64,000 nucleotides of DNA from Camelus ferus (GCF_009834535.1 NC_045707.1:54562001-54626000); one strand, 5' to 3'; counted from the stretch's first letter, positions 12,201 to 25,675 are shown. Made by a program: numbers and translations. The notes: generated from the letters alone by a model not told the origin.

Positions 12201-12739
12201 CAAGCATTTTCCAAAAGCTAAAAATGATTCTTTACAAGCTTGAGGCTTTCCAGAATTTGTAAAAATCAAACCACATATAAGTACTTCCTATTTTTCTTAT
12301 GTGTAAGACTAGTCTTGAGATGCCAACACAAATTAAGCCTCTTGATTTAGAAACAGCCAAGACATCATACACTTCTGTTCTATTCCAAATATATTTCCTA
12401 AGCCCACATCACATGCAAATTACAGCCAAATTAGAGAAGCCAAATACGTTATGAGAGCCAACCAATGAATGAAGAGCTGAAGGAAGATGCCGCAGCTCAA
12501 AAGTCAAGAGTCAGGGGCCCAGGGAAGAAATGGAAACCAAGAAACAAAGGAGAGAATGAGGCCTGAGGGACCAGAACTTTGCTGTGGACAGGGATACCCC
12601 AAATCTCCTTCATATGGCGGTAGCAGTGCTTTGGGGTTTTAGCTTAGAGGAACCAGATCAGCATAGACCCTCCTTGCCCTCTATAAGCTTAGATAGTAGG
12701 TACATACATGGAAAGCAAAGTGGACAGTGTATGGTGATA

Positions 12740-12925
12740 AACTCAGATCCTTCAAGTTAAACAAATCTGAATATCTAGAGAGCAGGAGGGAATGTTGAAA
12801 ATTGGGCTGCATGTCTATAAATTTATTCAAAATGATTGTTAAAAAATTAAGAAACACATGTGCTAATGAAATAACACATGTCTAAGGGCAAGATTCTGTT
12901 AACAGGCTGCCAGTTTACAACCAAA
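12740..12925. mobile_element. hAT-Charlie MITE remnant (MER102/MER58-like end)
   Basis: aacacatgtctaagggcaagatt...caggctgccagtttacaacc resembles the terminal repeat region. Confidence 0.35.
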
Positions 12926-13259
12926 TCCACATACAATGTCTCATTTGTTTTTACTATTATCATGACATCCATATAAAATCTTGGGAATCACCTGGCTAGG
13001 GAGTATTTCTTTATGCATTATTATCTTGACAGGCACATGAGAAGACACTAGACTTAACTTTTGAAGCTTTTTGGGTGTTTAGACAATTGAATTTACCTAA
13101 AAACATACCTGTATAGAAAATTCAGGGAGAGGAAAATATGTAAACATGTCTTGCAAAATATCACGATGGCCTTTTCTCCTAAGTCAACTGCCTGTCACTT
13201 GGTGAATTCTGTAGTGCCCCTGGTGTGAAGGTCTAAGGGCAGAACTAGGACGGATGGGA

Positions 13260-13698
13260 CATCACTTTTCTAGACTGCCTTAACAAAAGCTCACAGACTG
13301 AGTGGCTTAAAACAACAGAAATCTATTCTCTCATAGTTCTGAAAGCTAGAAGTCTGAACTCAAGCCATGCTCTCTCTGAAGGTTTTAGAGGAGGGTCTGT
13401 TCTATGACTTTTTCTTCATTCTGGTGGTGGACAATCCATGGTGTTTCCTGACTCAAAGATGCCTCACTCCAATTTCTGCCTTCATCATCACATGGTGTTC
13501 TCTCTGCACGTGCCTGTGTTTCTTCTCTCTTTACAAGGAGAGCAGTCTTACTGGGTTAGGGTCCACCCTGATCCGGTATGACTTCATCTTAACTTAATCT
13601 GATCTGCAAAAACCCTATTTCCAAATGAAGTCATGTTCATAGGTACCAGGGGTCAGGACTTCCACATCCTTTTGGAGAACACAATTCAGCCCACAACA
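13260..13698 (-). mobile_element. MaLR LTR MLT1B/C
   Basis: gactgagtggcttaaaacaacagaaat...atctgcaaaaaccctatttccaaatgaagtc...acacaattcagcccacaaca. Confidence 0.9.
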
Positions 13699-13829
13699 AA
13701 GGAGGCTGAAGCCATGTTCATTTATGTTCAACTTCCCTGGTGAAATATAAATCTAATGCTGCTAAGAATAATAACAATATAGACTGTACTGTTTTCCTCC
13801 ATTTCTAGAGGAAAAAAAGCAGGTAAGTG

Positions 13830-14350
13830 GAGCATTTAAAAGTATAATTCTGCTCTGATTATTCTCTTTAAAATCTTTCTAAGGCTCTGTTTCCCTCAGG
13901 GTCAAGTTCAAACTGCTTAAGATGGCAGACCTGATTCTTCACAATAAGTCTCCGCCTTACCTCTGACTCACCTTTTTCCTAGCACATTCTACACCCCAGT
14001 CACAGGCAATTGCCATATTTATACTTCCTTGGATGTTCTGAATTCCTTCTAAACTGCTTCTCTCTACATACTGTTCTGTGTGTCCAGATTGCTCTCCATT
14101 CCTCCCCATTTTCCCCTTTATCTTTGCCTGGAATCAACACATCTTTCAGTCCTCAGTTTAGAAGGTATTGTCCTTTGTGGAGCTGTTTGCCCTGATGATG
14201 TGCTCTGTTACCCTTGGAAGAGCATCATCACAATACATTCAAATTCTGTTTTCCACCTTTGCTTATGCACTCCCAAAGGTTAGATGTTTTGTTTTATTCA
14301 GAATTGTATTTCCAGGACTTACACAGTGCTTGGCACGGAATAGACATGCC
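13830..14350 (+). mobile_element. L2 LINE 3' end
   Basis: Pyrimidine-rich L2 body ending in tgtatttccaggacttacacagtgcttggcacggaatag. Confidence 0.7.
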
Positions 14351-14394
14351 GCTTTTTCTTCTTAATCTCCTCCACCCCCTCCTTCTCCTTCTCC

Positions 14395-14415
14395 TTTTTT
14401 TTTTTTTTTTTTTTT
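14395..14415. repeat. Poly(T)21 tract
   Basis: Seen directly. Confidence 0.9.
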
Positions 14416-14664
14416 AAAGGAAGGAGGACTAGGCAAAAAGGAGATGTGGAAGGAGGAAAAAGCACTAGAGGAGAATAAACAAGGCCATATCTGAACCCTC
14501 ACACTCTTATTAAAATAGAGTCAAACTAGTCTACCCATTCCATTTGCTAAAACTCATTAAAATGATCCAACTAGCAACAAGCTGACAATTTCTGGGTTTC
14601 TTTCAGGGATCAGGGATCAATGTATCAGATCTTTTTGTAAATTATCTTGATTGTAGAAACCAGT

Positions 14665-14920
14665 AAGGTTTTGGAGTTAAAAACAGGGAACCAGTTTGCC
14701 TGTGTTCATATATCAGGTCTGTTTCTTAGTATCCAAGTGACTAAGTAATTCACATACTTCTCTATGCCTCCTTTTCCTCATCTGTAAATTAGAGATGGTA
14801 ACAGTACCTAACCCATAAAGTTGATGTGAAAATACTGCGAGTTAATATATGTAGAATGCTCTGTACCTAGACTAACTCATATCAAATAGGATGTGTGACA
14901 TAGTGTTGGCTATTATTTTC
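14665..14920 (+). mobile_element. MIR SINE
   Basis: ctctatgcctccttttcctcatctgtaaattagagatggtaacagtaccta core. Confidence 0.75.
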
Positions 14921-15959
14921 AACATTTTCTTATTGTATCCAGTTTTGTCATCTAGATTAACCAGACATTTTAACCAGCAGTATTTTAAATATTAAAATGA
15001 GTATTTTTATCCACCTTCAAAATTAAATGGTCAACTATTATATTTCAGTTTTTCATTAAATATACTATTATAATTCTGATACAAACAAAGGAGACTATGA
15101 GAGAAGGGAATTTCTAGAAATTCTATATTGATTAGAATAAGGAGGAAATTATACAAATAAAAAATTTAAGTGTTGTTTTGTGAACTGAATCATATTTCAA
15201 AAATCTTAATAACATTTCTCTCCATTTCAAAAGAGACGTGTAAAATCACTGAATGTCATTTAAGTATCTTCCATAAGAGGGCAGTAGTGTATTTCCGTAT
15301 CAGTAGAAGGTTTTCCACTATTTTCATTCACATTTTGTCCAAGTAAATTGACAGTAATAATTGGTGCTTTGGAAGAAGGTGTATGCTTATGTTAAAATCT
15401 TGTTTTTATGACTTAATGCTTTATTTTTTACAACTCTATTACCATGTAACTTTAAAAGAAAATGTATTTTTATAGAAATAAAATCTTTATAAAAATATAG
15501 AAAGACCAACATAACTGATTCTTAAAAAACAAAATGTAGAAAACCAATCGGTAAAAATTTTGTTTTCCTAAATTAAGGCAACCATCAAGAAAATTAACAT
15601 AATATCTTGACATTCCAGTAACAATTCTGGGTGTTAAAAAATATTTTTCTTTTATTAAAATATAAGTAGTTAAAATATATTAGCCAATTTTCCATCATTG
15701 TTTAGACATGTATTTTGTGTGTGTTTGTGTGTGTAGAATTCCAAAAATTATTTTAAAAAATAAATAGTACCTTTTTGAACTAGCTTATTAGTAAAATAAA
15801 ATTATTCATATTATTTTTGTATAATATGCTCACAAGTGTGCAGTATTTTTCATTGCTCTAAGTTTATGTTTTTTAAGAAAAAAATCTTCATGTAGTTAAT
15901 GATTTGTGAGATACATACATTCTTGAAGAACATAAATAGGAAGAGTACTAATGCTAATA

Positions 15960-17150
15960 CTAACATGAATTGAGCCTAGGACAACTCGTGGGGCTGGGAG
16001 TAAGGAAGTGTTCAAAGAATAACGGAGATGTGTCAAAGGTATTCAGCAACAACTCTGAAGAAGCTGGTACTAACTGAATATTGGAGAATTTGAGCATCAA
16101 AATAAAGAATGATAGTAACAATCATAATATATTGAGTAATACAGAAGTCCAAAATTCATATACACAAAAATAAATAAATAACTATATATTAAATTGAAGA
16201 GACTGTAAGTTCTTTCCATAGCATGCCAACTCATGTGTAAGAGAAATGCTGGAATCGAAAAATCAGCCTTTGGCAACCATCATACTAGTAATTAGCTCAT
16301 CCAAGAATCATGAATGGAGGCAAACACTGACGAGGAGCAGAATATTTACAGGGTCTTAAAATATACTTCTACAAAATACTTTAAAGTTATTATTAATAGG
16401 GGGGTGGGAAGGGACAGACTGGGATTTCAAAATGTAGAATAGATAAACAAGATTATACTGTATAGCACAGGGAAATAGATACAAGATCTCATGGTAGCTC
16501 ACAGAGAAAAAAATGTGACAATGAATATATGTATGTTCCTGTATAATTGAAAAATCGTGCTCTACACTGGAATTTGACACAACATTGTAAAATTATTATA
16601 AATCAATAAAAAATGTTTTAAAAACGTTATTATTAATAAACACATTAACTCTACAGTGACGAACCTTGGCACCATCCAAATGATGAAAGTTGACATCACT
16701 AGTCATACGGCAATTATCCGTGGTGTACTTTCTAACACAGTGTATTGAGGAGAACACAATCAATGCTAGGAAGTTACTGTCCTATATTCTTTACACCCCT
16801 TCAAGACATGAAGTATGAGAAGAATCTGAGGAACTGTTTCAGATCGTAAACAGCTAATGAGACATGCCAACTAAGTGCATCATAAAGTTCTGTATTAGAT
16901 CCTAGTCTTTTATAGCCTATTAGTAGGACAGTAACTGAAATCTGAACGAGGTTTGTGGATTAGATGGTAATATTTAATCAATAGTTGACGATTGGTTAAT
17001 TTGCTGATTGTGACAATTTTGCTGTGGTTATAAAAGCAAGTATTCTAATCTGGGAAAAGGGTACATGGGAGCTCTTAATATTCCCTGGCAACCTTTATAT
17101 ATATTTGAAATTATGTTAAAATCAAAAGTTAAAACAAAACAAAACAAAAA
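15960..17150 (+). mobile_element. Old L1MC/L1MD 3'UTR, interrupted by a younger L1 at 16399-16622
   Basis: tttgagcatcaaaataaagaatgatagtaac; ggaactgtttcagat; gggtacatgggagctctt...ggcaacctt...tttgaaattat...aaaagttaaaa terminus. Confidence 0.75.
16399..16622 (+). mobile_element. Young 5'-truncated L1 3'UTR with target-site duplication
   Basis: L1 3' end (aacaagattatactgtatagcacaggg...acaacattgtaaa...aataaaaaa). TSD gttattattaata at 16386-16398 and 16626-16638. TT|AAAG endonuclease-type site. Confidence 0.9.
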
Positions 17151-17154
17151 ACAC

Positions 17155-17640
17155 CAGGGAAGACTGTACTAGGGAAAAACAGTAAATGCCAAGGCACTAA
17201 AACAGAGAAGGGGGCAGAGACAGAAGGGCTGGGTGCTGAGCACAGTGAGGGAAGGGGTGTGGTATGTATCAGGTGAGTCTTGAGAAGGGGACAGGAGCTG
17301 TATCATGCAGGGCTTTGCTGTCCAAAGGTATTTGGGTTTTATTATAAAAGAAAGGAAATGTTCTAAAAGTTGTATAACTGGTAATTGACATGACCTGATT
17401 GATGTTTTAAAAACTGTATTGTGTATGCTGATTGTAAATTGGATTGGTGGTGGCGAGGTGGAGAGGAAGAAATGTAGAAGCAGGAATGAGGAGACAGTTT
17501 CTTGGGAGATGATGATTGCTTAGCCAGTGTGACTGTAAGATGAAAAGGAGTAGATAGAGCTGAGATGTATTTCGGAGTTAGAACCTACACCTACAGGCTG
17601 ATGGACTGAATGAAGGGATTAAGAATGACTCAGGTTCTCT
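17155..17640 (-). mobile_element. L2 LINE fragment
   Basis: atcatgcagggctttg...tttgggttttatt...gacatgacctgatt...gagatgtatttcggagttagaacc, typical of the L2 minus strand. Confidence 0.7.
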
Positions 17641-17800
17641 GTAAGATTAGGGCACAAGTAAATTACACTCTTTGGTATGTTCCAAGGTACATGCATAGTG
17701 TTAAGAGCTTGCATAGATGAAATATTTACTGTATATTATATAGCTGTTGATTGATAATTTTTATATCATCTGAAAATACTTAGAAAGGTGGACATAATTA

Positions 17801-17855
17801 TAGAATAATGCTTCCATAGTGAACTTTGTAGAATAATGCTTCGATAGTGAATGTG
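17801..17855. repeat. 28-bp tandem duplication
   Basis: tagaataatgcttccatagtgaactttg followed by tagaataatgcttcgatagtgaatgtg. Confidence 0.9.
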
Positions 17856-18027
17856 TTATGAGGAAATTATGCAGGCTTGTACTTTGAAGCATTTTTAAGT
17901 GATAATATAAGTTATCAGTGTGATTACTGCTATTATTCTATCACATTTTAGATAATTTGATAACAACTTCATAATGGTTCAGAACTCTCATTCCCTAGTT
18001 GCTAGCCAATGGTTCATAGAATTATAA

Positions 18028-18110
18028 TACTGTAGCATTAAAAGTAATTTCAGAAGTGACTATTAGACACTATTGCAGCATTAAAAGTAATTTTAGAAGT
18101 CACTACTAGA
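18028..18110. repeat. 43-bp-period tandem duplication
   Basis: tactgtagcattaaaagtaatttcagaagtgactattaga (18028-18067) and tattgcagcattaaaagtaattttagaagtcactactaga (18071-18110). Confidence 0.9.
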
Positions 18111-19247
18111 ATCCTAAAGCAATACTCTATTTCAGGGTTTCCTGACAAATGTTCATCTGATCGTTCTCTAAGGATCCCTGGGATCTAGAAAAACTTTGCA
18201 TTGGTTTCAAAGACAAATCAACAAATACTGATCTGTGCTGCCTTCTCTTTTGCTTCTTCTCTCTGCTTCGACCGTCTCCATCACGCCATTTATGGGGGGA
18301 AAAGTATGGGTCAGAATGGTGTATTATTCAGAGGTGATTCTAGATTAGTGTTACAGGAAAGACATCCTAATGCATAACAAGAGGCTCTTCCAACCTTTGC
18401 AAGTGCAGAGGATGTGATGGTTAAGAAAGATACTTTCAGGAAATGCAGAAATAAAGGTAGAACAGGGAAATCATCACCACTGGCCTTAACTGCCTGCAGT
18501 ACCAGTGCAATGAAAAGCAAAGTGAGAAATCTGGGCATCTTTAATCAGGATAACCCAGAGATTTTTATCAGGATGGCAAAGTTAGTTTGGTCAGTTGTGT
18601 TATACTTCAGAATAACTTTATGGGGAACAAATAATGAAATTTCAAACCCAAAGTCATTAGTCTATTTGATCATTTAGTTCAGAGGCAGCACTTGGTTTAA
18701 AGCCAATTTATATAATTAACTAGGTAGATAAATTTTTTTCAGTTGCCAAATATGCATGGATCACTTAAATGTGTCAGAAACTGTCTTAGGTTTGGGGGAC
18801 GCAAAAATTAGTAGTTAATGATCTTGGTCCACTAGACATTCCATCTACCCTTTACTTACTGTCAGGATCTGAGCTGGTTAAAGTTCTTTACCTGGTAGTG
18901 ATCTAAAGATTCTCTCCTGAGGGGTCTGAATTATGAGTGGACCTGCCTTGTTTATTTGCCTGTTTGATGACTTGTTCATTCTTAGGTTTGTTTTGCTCTA
19001 ATTTTCAATTACCTTTACTGATTGGAATGGAAATGATTGGAGAAGCCCTTGGAGAATTGCAGAGGTTCCAGACAGTTTCCTTTTCCCATTGTATAGCAGC
19101 AACCACAATTTATCCTGGTTAATTAGAATCTATCACTCTGGCCAATACACTACTATCCTCTTTGCCTTTTGCTGAATGGCATGAGGACTGCAAAATGGCC
19201 AAGTGCGAAATAGCAAGGTACGGTTTCAAGTTCAAGTACTAGAAAAG

Positions 19248-19405
19248 CAGTGGTGTCCTGGAGCAGGTGCATCTTGGCTCCCAAGAACTAATTATGTGCA
19301 TCATTTCTCAGCTCTGCTTCTGTGAAATCATCTTGGAAGCCTGAAATCAGCTTTTGTAAGTATGTACAGCACAGAAATCAGCAAATGCTACAAGTCAGGG
19401 CTTGA
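19248..19405 (+). mobile_element. MER63-like hAT-Blackjack DNA transposon fossil
   Basis: cagtggtgtcctggagc...tgaaatcagc...cacagaaatcagcaaatgctacaagtcagggc matches the recalled MER63 consensus. Confidence 0.7.
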
Positions 19406-19834
19406 CATCAACTACGGCTTCACAGTTTATTACAAAAACAAGTGCTGTAGCAGCTATGCGTGTTTTCCTGAGCATGCTGTGAGTGTGTGTGTGAGAGAGA
19501 GTACCAATTACTTTGTCCGCCTACTCTCACCTTTATTATTTTATTAAGGATTGTCATGAGTAGTTAACTTTATAATTTAGTCTTTAGATTATAGAACATT
19601 TAGGTGGGGCCATGACTGAATATGGGGAATAATTAAAAGTATCCAGAGATGGATTCTATGACTGATGGGATTTTTGCATTGCACTTTTTAGGGAGTGGAT
19701 GAGAGGACATCTTCATGTGTATAACTGAATACTTTAGGGGAAAGCATAAAACTGTTACTGTCCTTACATGGTGTTCCAATATATACTGGAATAAGAGTGT
19801 ATACAGGGGATGAGTAGCAGCAGGGATCCGCCAT

Positions 19835-20425
19835 GCTGGTAATTAATCTGTTTTCTCTCACCTCCAAATTCACACTTCTGTTCTCTGCTGTGTGATGCCA
19901 GTGTTGCTCTGACAGTTCTGCCCCAGCAACAGGTCCTCACTCTGGGAACAGCACTCAGTTCCAGTTTTCAGCTTTTTTTTTTTTTTTTTAACTTTTGAAC
20001 ATTTCCCCAATCAGCTTCATTATGTTTCCTTAGAGGTCCCTCGAAGGAGAGTACAAGTCTCTCTCTAGAGAGCTGAGTTCCATCTCTGCAAAGCACTGGC
20101 TCTGAGTTCCTGAGGTACCAGCATCAGCAGGAAGCATCTTCTATTTCAATGTCTAGGTCCTAGCTCTGCTGAGGCCCTCCTCTTTCTAAGAAGACTGAGC
20201 TTCACAGAGTTCCACCTTCAAGCTTCTGGGGTCTAATCCCCTTAATCTCTTGCCTTCTTCTCCTACTGAATAATGATAGCTGCTTTCTCCATTTACTATC
20301 TTTGCGATCTCTTTTTAAAAAATCTTTTGAGCCCACCAATTCTTCCTTAACCAATTATCCATATTAAATTCTTGCTATTAAAATAATTAATGTGGTTTCT
20401 GTTTTCTTAAATCAACCTTTATTAA
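19835..20425 (+). mobile_element. ERVL LTR (LTR33-like)
   Basis: cctccaaattcacacttctgttctctgc start and atattaaattc...aaataattaatgtggtttctgttttc end. Confidence 0.55.
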
Positions 20426-23400
20426 TAATGCCCACCATCAACCAACACACCTCTGGAAAAATATTGGACATACATGATTGAAAATGTTTTTTAAATTTCA
20501 CTCTTTCATTCTTAACTCATGCAAAATGGAAGATCAAGTCATTACTTCTACGTACCATACATCTTTCTGTTGTACAAGTTTATGGTGTGCCCAGAGGTGT
20601 CAGACAGTAACCAGAGGCAATAGTGACCAAAAGAATAAGAAAGGAATTTGCAATTGAATATACTGCTCAATATAATCAAGCTTTATGACTAGAGAAAGAA
20701 CATTATAGAACTAAAGAAACTGAAGAAGCAGATGACTAAAGAAAGGAGATAAAGAGATGGAAACAGACAAAATGGAGATAAAAAGGAGAATGATTCCCAG
20801 ATTTTTCGGAATAATTCCAAAAGCTATGATGAAGAACAATATAAAATAAACATTTAACATACTTTACCACGCTACCATGTAGTAGCACCACCACTTCACA
20901 AAGATTTTAATACAAATGTAGGAACAACACAGTATCAGAATCAAAGTCAGTCTTTTGCTATAAAAGTCAGTAACGTACTATCAACACATGCAGACGTGCG
21001 ACAGGCATTCCTCAAAGATCATGCCCCCCTACTATATTTGGGAGTGAAAGTAGTTATAGCTTCAGCTAACAAAATTAGTTGAAAGCAGATATCTTTAGTG
21101 CCCCTTCCCAATTCTCCCACTTCTGAAATGAACTCCCCACTCCCTGAAACTTCTTCACTGATTACAGTCTAAAGATTCAGGACCATTCCCTCCCCAGGAT
21201 AATGCTACAATATTTTCAGCAAAAATGTTGATATGCAAAAGGTCAAACTTTGCTATGTTCTATCTTTGTATTCCCCCATCAGAGCCTATGTGTTTATCAG
21301 ACTTTACTGAGAAATCAGGGGTTAATTAGGAAATTAAAGTATATAAGAAAAAAAATCCCAAAACTGCACACTGAACACACTTTCTTCCAGTTCAATGTGG
21401 GAAAAAAAACTTTAGAAGGTCACTGTTTTAGAGCTGGCCAAAATCAGAGATAGCACTATTTTCTGGGCTAAAACACTTTTTTTTAATGTAATTTAAAAAC
21501 ATACACAAAAAAAGAGAGAAGGATATAATAAATCTTCATGTATTACAGTCACTCAACTTGAATAATTTTAAAGGATTGGCTAACCTTGTTTAATCTATTT
21601 CACAACTGTTTTTTTTTTCTGGAATATTTTAAAGCAAGTCTCAGACAGCATATAATTTTAACCTGGTCCTTCTAAAATAAACAAAGGTTGCTCGAAGGCA
21701 GAGACCCATCCACTGTGCCTCTTATTATTTACCCCTAAATGGTATAAAACACATTTAGGTTCTATCCTCACAGGTTTCATCCCTCAGTCCTGATTCAAAC
21801 GACTCCTCTTTCTTCTCCTTTTCTAAAACTCAGAACAGTCCTGAACTTCCCCAGAGGGTTTTGCTTACAATGCGTGACTGCTGCAAAGCAGAGAGGAATT
21901 TTGGCCATTTTTATTACTTCTTCTTGGGCAGAAACAATGGATCATGATAAAAGGCAATCATAATTCTATTAACTTCCTTTGGGGTGGGTTCAAGGAACAA
22001 GTGGTCCCTCTCTATTCTTTAAGAACAGTATTAAAATCTCAAGGAACCATGTTGCTTGTATTGGTTAATTTATCTTTTTGGCTAAAGTTAATGCAGATAT
22101 TAAGGTCAATTGTTAACAAACAAATATTCCTAATCTCATCTAATCTCATGAATACATGAGAATAAAGGAAAAACGTCTTTTTACGATGAGCATTAGGAAA
22201 ATTTTCATGCTATTATAAACTAATTAAGCAAGAGATTTTTCAGAAGAATCCAGTTTCCCATGGACTCCTGGAACCTAGTCATGCTCCCCTCTGTCAAAAC
22301 CTGTTTCTTTTTCCGTTTCCCGAGAGAGAGGCATTTCTCTTTGGGCTCCATCCACTGCCTGCCTCCTTAGAAAACTCCACTCAGAACTGCAGAGTCTAGT
22401 CTCACTCTAGAATCAGTTATTTCCTTCCACTAGAACAATCTGGGGGACACAATAAAAGGACTTGAGTAAATGTCACAAGTCTGTTGTTCTGTTTAAAACA
22501 AACTGTGAAGAGGTCTTAACAGAACTGTTGTGGATGAGACACGAGAATTTAGCTGTAGTTCACGGGTCTCGGTCAGATTTTGGTACTCTCGTTTTCAGTA
22601 TCCTCTGAGGACTCTCCACCAGGATATATTGAATTTATGTGATTGTCGCTGGAACATTTGCGTAAAATGTTTACATGCACATATACACTGACAAATAATA
22701 ATTCAAGGTCTGGGTGAGCCAGATTGATTTTAAACACACTATATTCTCTCTAGGTAATCTGCCTATCACGTAGATACCAAAGTCTTATCACTCGTGCCTG
22801 TGATCCTCTTCCCAATTCTGAAACCATACGCAGAGGGCTAAGGACAAATGAGAAATAGTGCTAATTGCTGTGCATTTTCCAAGTGCTGTGTTTTGTGGGT
22901 ATCCTCTTCCACCAAGTCTTTTTAGAAGAAAAAATACATTTACTTACCTTAGATTAGATGGAAGCAAATGGCTGTCAGTGAACGGGGTGAAACAAAGACT
23001 TATTATCCTCCTGTCCATCGCAATCAGTTCCCTGGTGGGTGAAAAACGCGGGAAGGGAAGAGAGTGGTGTCTCAGTTATATCTTCACTGCCTGATCTTTA
23101 TTTTCCTATCTTATTGTGGGCCAGGGGAGACTTCCTGTTAGATTGAGGAAAATATGAAAGATTTGTTCCCAGTGTTAAAATTAGATGTGTGATGATATGA
23201 TAAATGTTAATTTCTGAATATAAAGGTCTTTAATAAATATTAATTTATGCCTTTATAATAGTAGTATTCAAATGTTACTGTGATTAAAATGACTTAGGAA
23301 GCTTATTTACATTACTGCTTACTAGTCGTCAGAAATTCTGATTTAATAAGTCTGGGAAGAACTCAGTTATCAGCATTATTTTGAATGGATATTTTTGAGC

Positions 23401-25675
23401 ATCTGGATACAAAAAATCTGTATCATTTACTGTGAGAAATATTCTTCCACAGAGTATAAGTACATGAGTAGTGAATATATGTCATATTCCATTTATTCAG
23501 ATGCACAAATTATTTCACTTTACCAAATGCTCTTAGCTCCAGCATACTGTGAAACACCTGTGTCTAAAGAATCTGGTTTCCTTAGATTCACTACACAGCC
23601 TTTCTTTAACTCTTTCCCCTCACAAAGACACTCTCTTTGCTTCCTTTCTTCCTCAGGCTCTCAATTTCTACACTCTCCATGAACCAAAATTTCTGTGTGA
23701 GAGAAGAGAAGGATAGGCAGGCTGCAAGGAATTTCTGCTTAGCTTTTGAGGCAGAGGAGCCCAAAGTCATGATGTGGTAAAAGGAAATTTACAAGAATGA
23801 AAATGCACAAATTATCAACTCAATATATTACCATGCCACTGGGTAAATCTACTGGTATCGATATTTGTGATCTTTACAACATTCATTCCACTGACCATTG
23901 CCATTTGGTATATTTTTGATTTTTGTTCTAATTTTGAAAGTAAATATACATTATAGAAACTTGGAAAATACTGATAAATGATAAAAGTAAATAAAATCAC
24001 CCATAATATCATAAAGCAGAAAATAATCTGGAAAAGTTTTTAACAAACTTTTTCTAAACAGTCCTAAAATCTTTACAGCAAACACTTAACTCCTTATTTC
24101 CCGAGCCATCTCATAAGAAAGGCTAGTAAGAGTAAACATGATATAATGGAGTGTGGAATATAATAATAGCAGAGATATATATTTGAGGTTTTCTTCTGGC
24201 CTGAAATCATTCTGTTTACCACAGAACACTGGCATGAAAGCCCAGTTGCACATAGTGGTCAATATGGTTGATCTTCAAGATAAGAAATGGTTTAAAGTAA
24301 GTTAGATTTAATAGTTTTTAGGGGAAAAAATAAACAGGCTAATTTACCTAAATCTTCAACTAATAACAGGACTTAAATACAATATTGGTAGATTTTTAGT
24401 CAATCCTTACATATTACTTGTCTTTGTTTTCATTGTTGTTATTGGTTGGCTTATTGTCTCCTTAACATGATCCTGTATGTTATTTGCATTTTGGGCGTAG
24501 ATCTTAAATCCATACATTTAGACTAGCTCCATCCAACTCAGTTGAGGTAAAATCTCCAGAGATTAAATTCTGAATTCTTCATTCTTATTAGATAGCATGA
24601 TAAGTCTAGTGTGTGGCCAAGTTTGGAACTATTGAAAACAGGACAAAAAAGATGAGGGTATCCCTAAGAAATTATATTCCTTTAAAAATAGTTTTCAAAA
24701 TATTTGAATTTCCTTCCAGGATTTTTTTCCCCAGACTCAAATTTATATTTTTCTAATCTTGCAATGGCTCCATTTTGAAGAGAGCTTTGATAATACTGTT
24801 TAGAAGTACTAAAATAAGTCATCATTAATTAGTTTCTTATTGCTCCAATTTCCAGGCAACCGGGTAAACAGATACAATCCATGTTTTTCTTTCATGAACA
24901 CAATTTGATAGAATTTATTTTTGGCCTGAATTATTCAAAATACTTTAATACCATATTGAAAACTGCTCATTTTTTCTAATTTCTGCTGTAATGACTGTGT
25001 CTTAGATTTTCAGATGGCTTTTGTTAAAATAGGGCAATTTAACTTAACTATCATGAACAATTTCTGTAGTATTAAGAATGCAACAGTGGCGTTCCCTTTT
25101 GAATCCTAAGGATGCCAATAGATTAAGTTACAGGTGTTATGCCTTCTCTTCCTCCTCTTCCTCCTTATACTACTAGATCTTTAGAATATGTGAAAGGGAC
25201 TAGAGAAGGGAGTTTTTACAGTAATGTGCACATTTAGATGGAAGATTTGTTCATAAATGGTTTTCTGAGGAGCAACCAAACTTTTGTCCTTCTGAATTCA
25301 CAGAATTGTAGTGTAGCTGAAATCAAATACTGTACATGAAATCTATGAATAATTTTCCAATAACACTTTACATGCAGTATAGTTTATCTGACAAAGGTTT
25401 AAGTCAAGTTTAGACTTAGATGACAAAGGCCAATTGTTAAAATTTGCGGCAGTGCTTTGATGTTCCCTGAAAAGTGTTTTACTTACTTTGCTCTCCTGAA
25501 CAAATGACTTGTTTTGCTGATCTGTGGCTCAGTAGATGATCTTTCACTGTTAGAGGTAACCCTACCAAAGAGTGATACTCTTTAGTGTACCATACAGAAT
25601 TGGGCTAAATATCATTTAATGAATCAGCCTTGCTCTTTTTCAAATGAAATTTCTCCCATGTCATAAAACATGAAG

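Noticed and set aside
17801..18110. CRISPR-like repeat-spacer array
   Set aside because: Only two-copy tandem duplications of unrelated units with no spacers; mammalian DNA with no cas genes.
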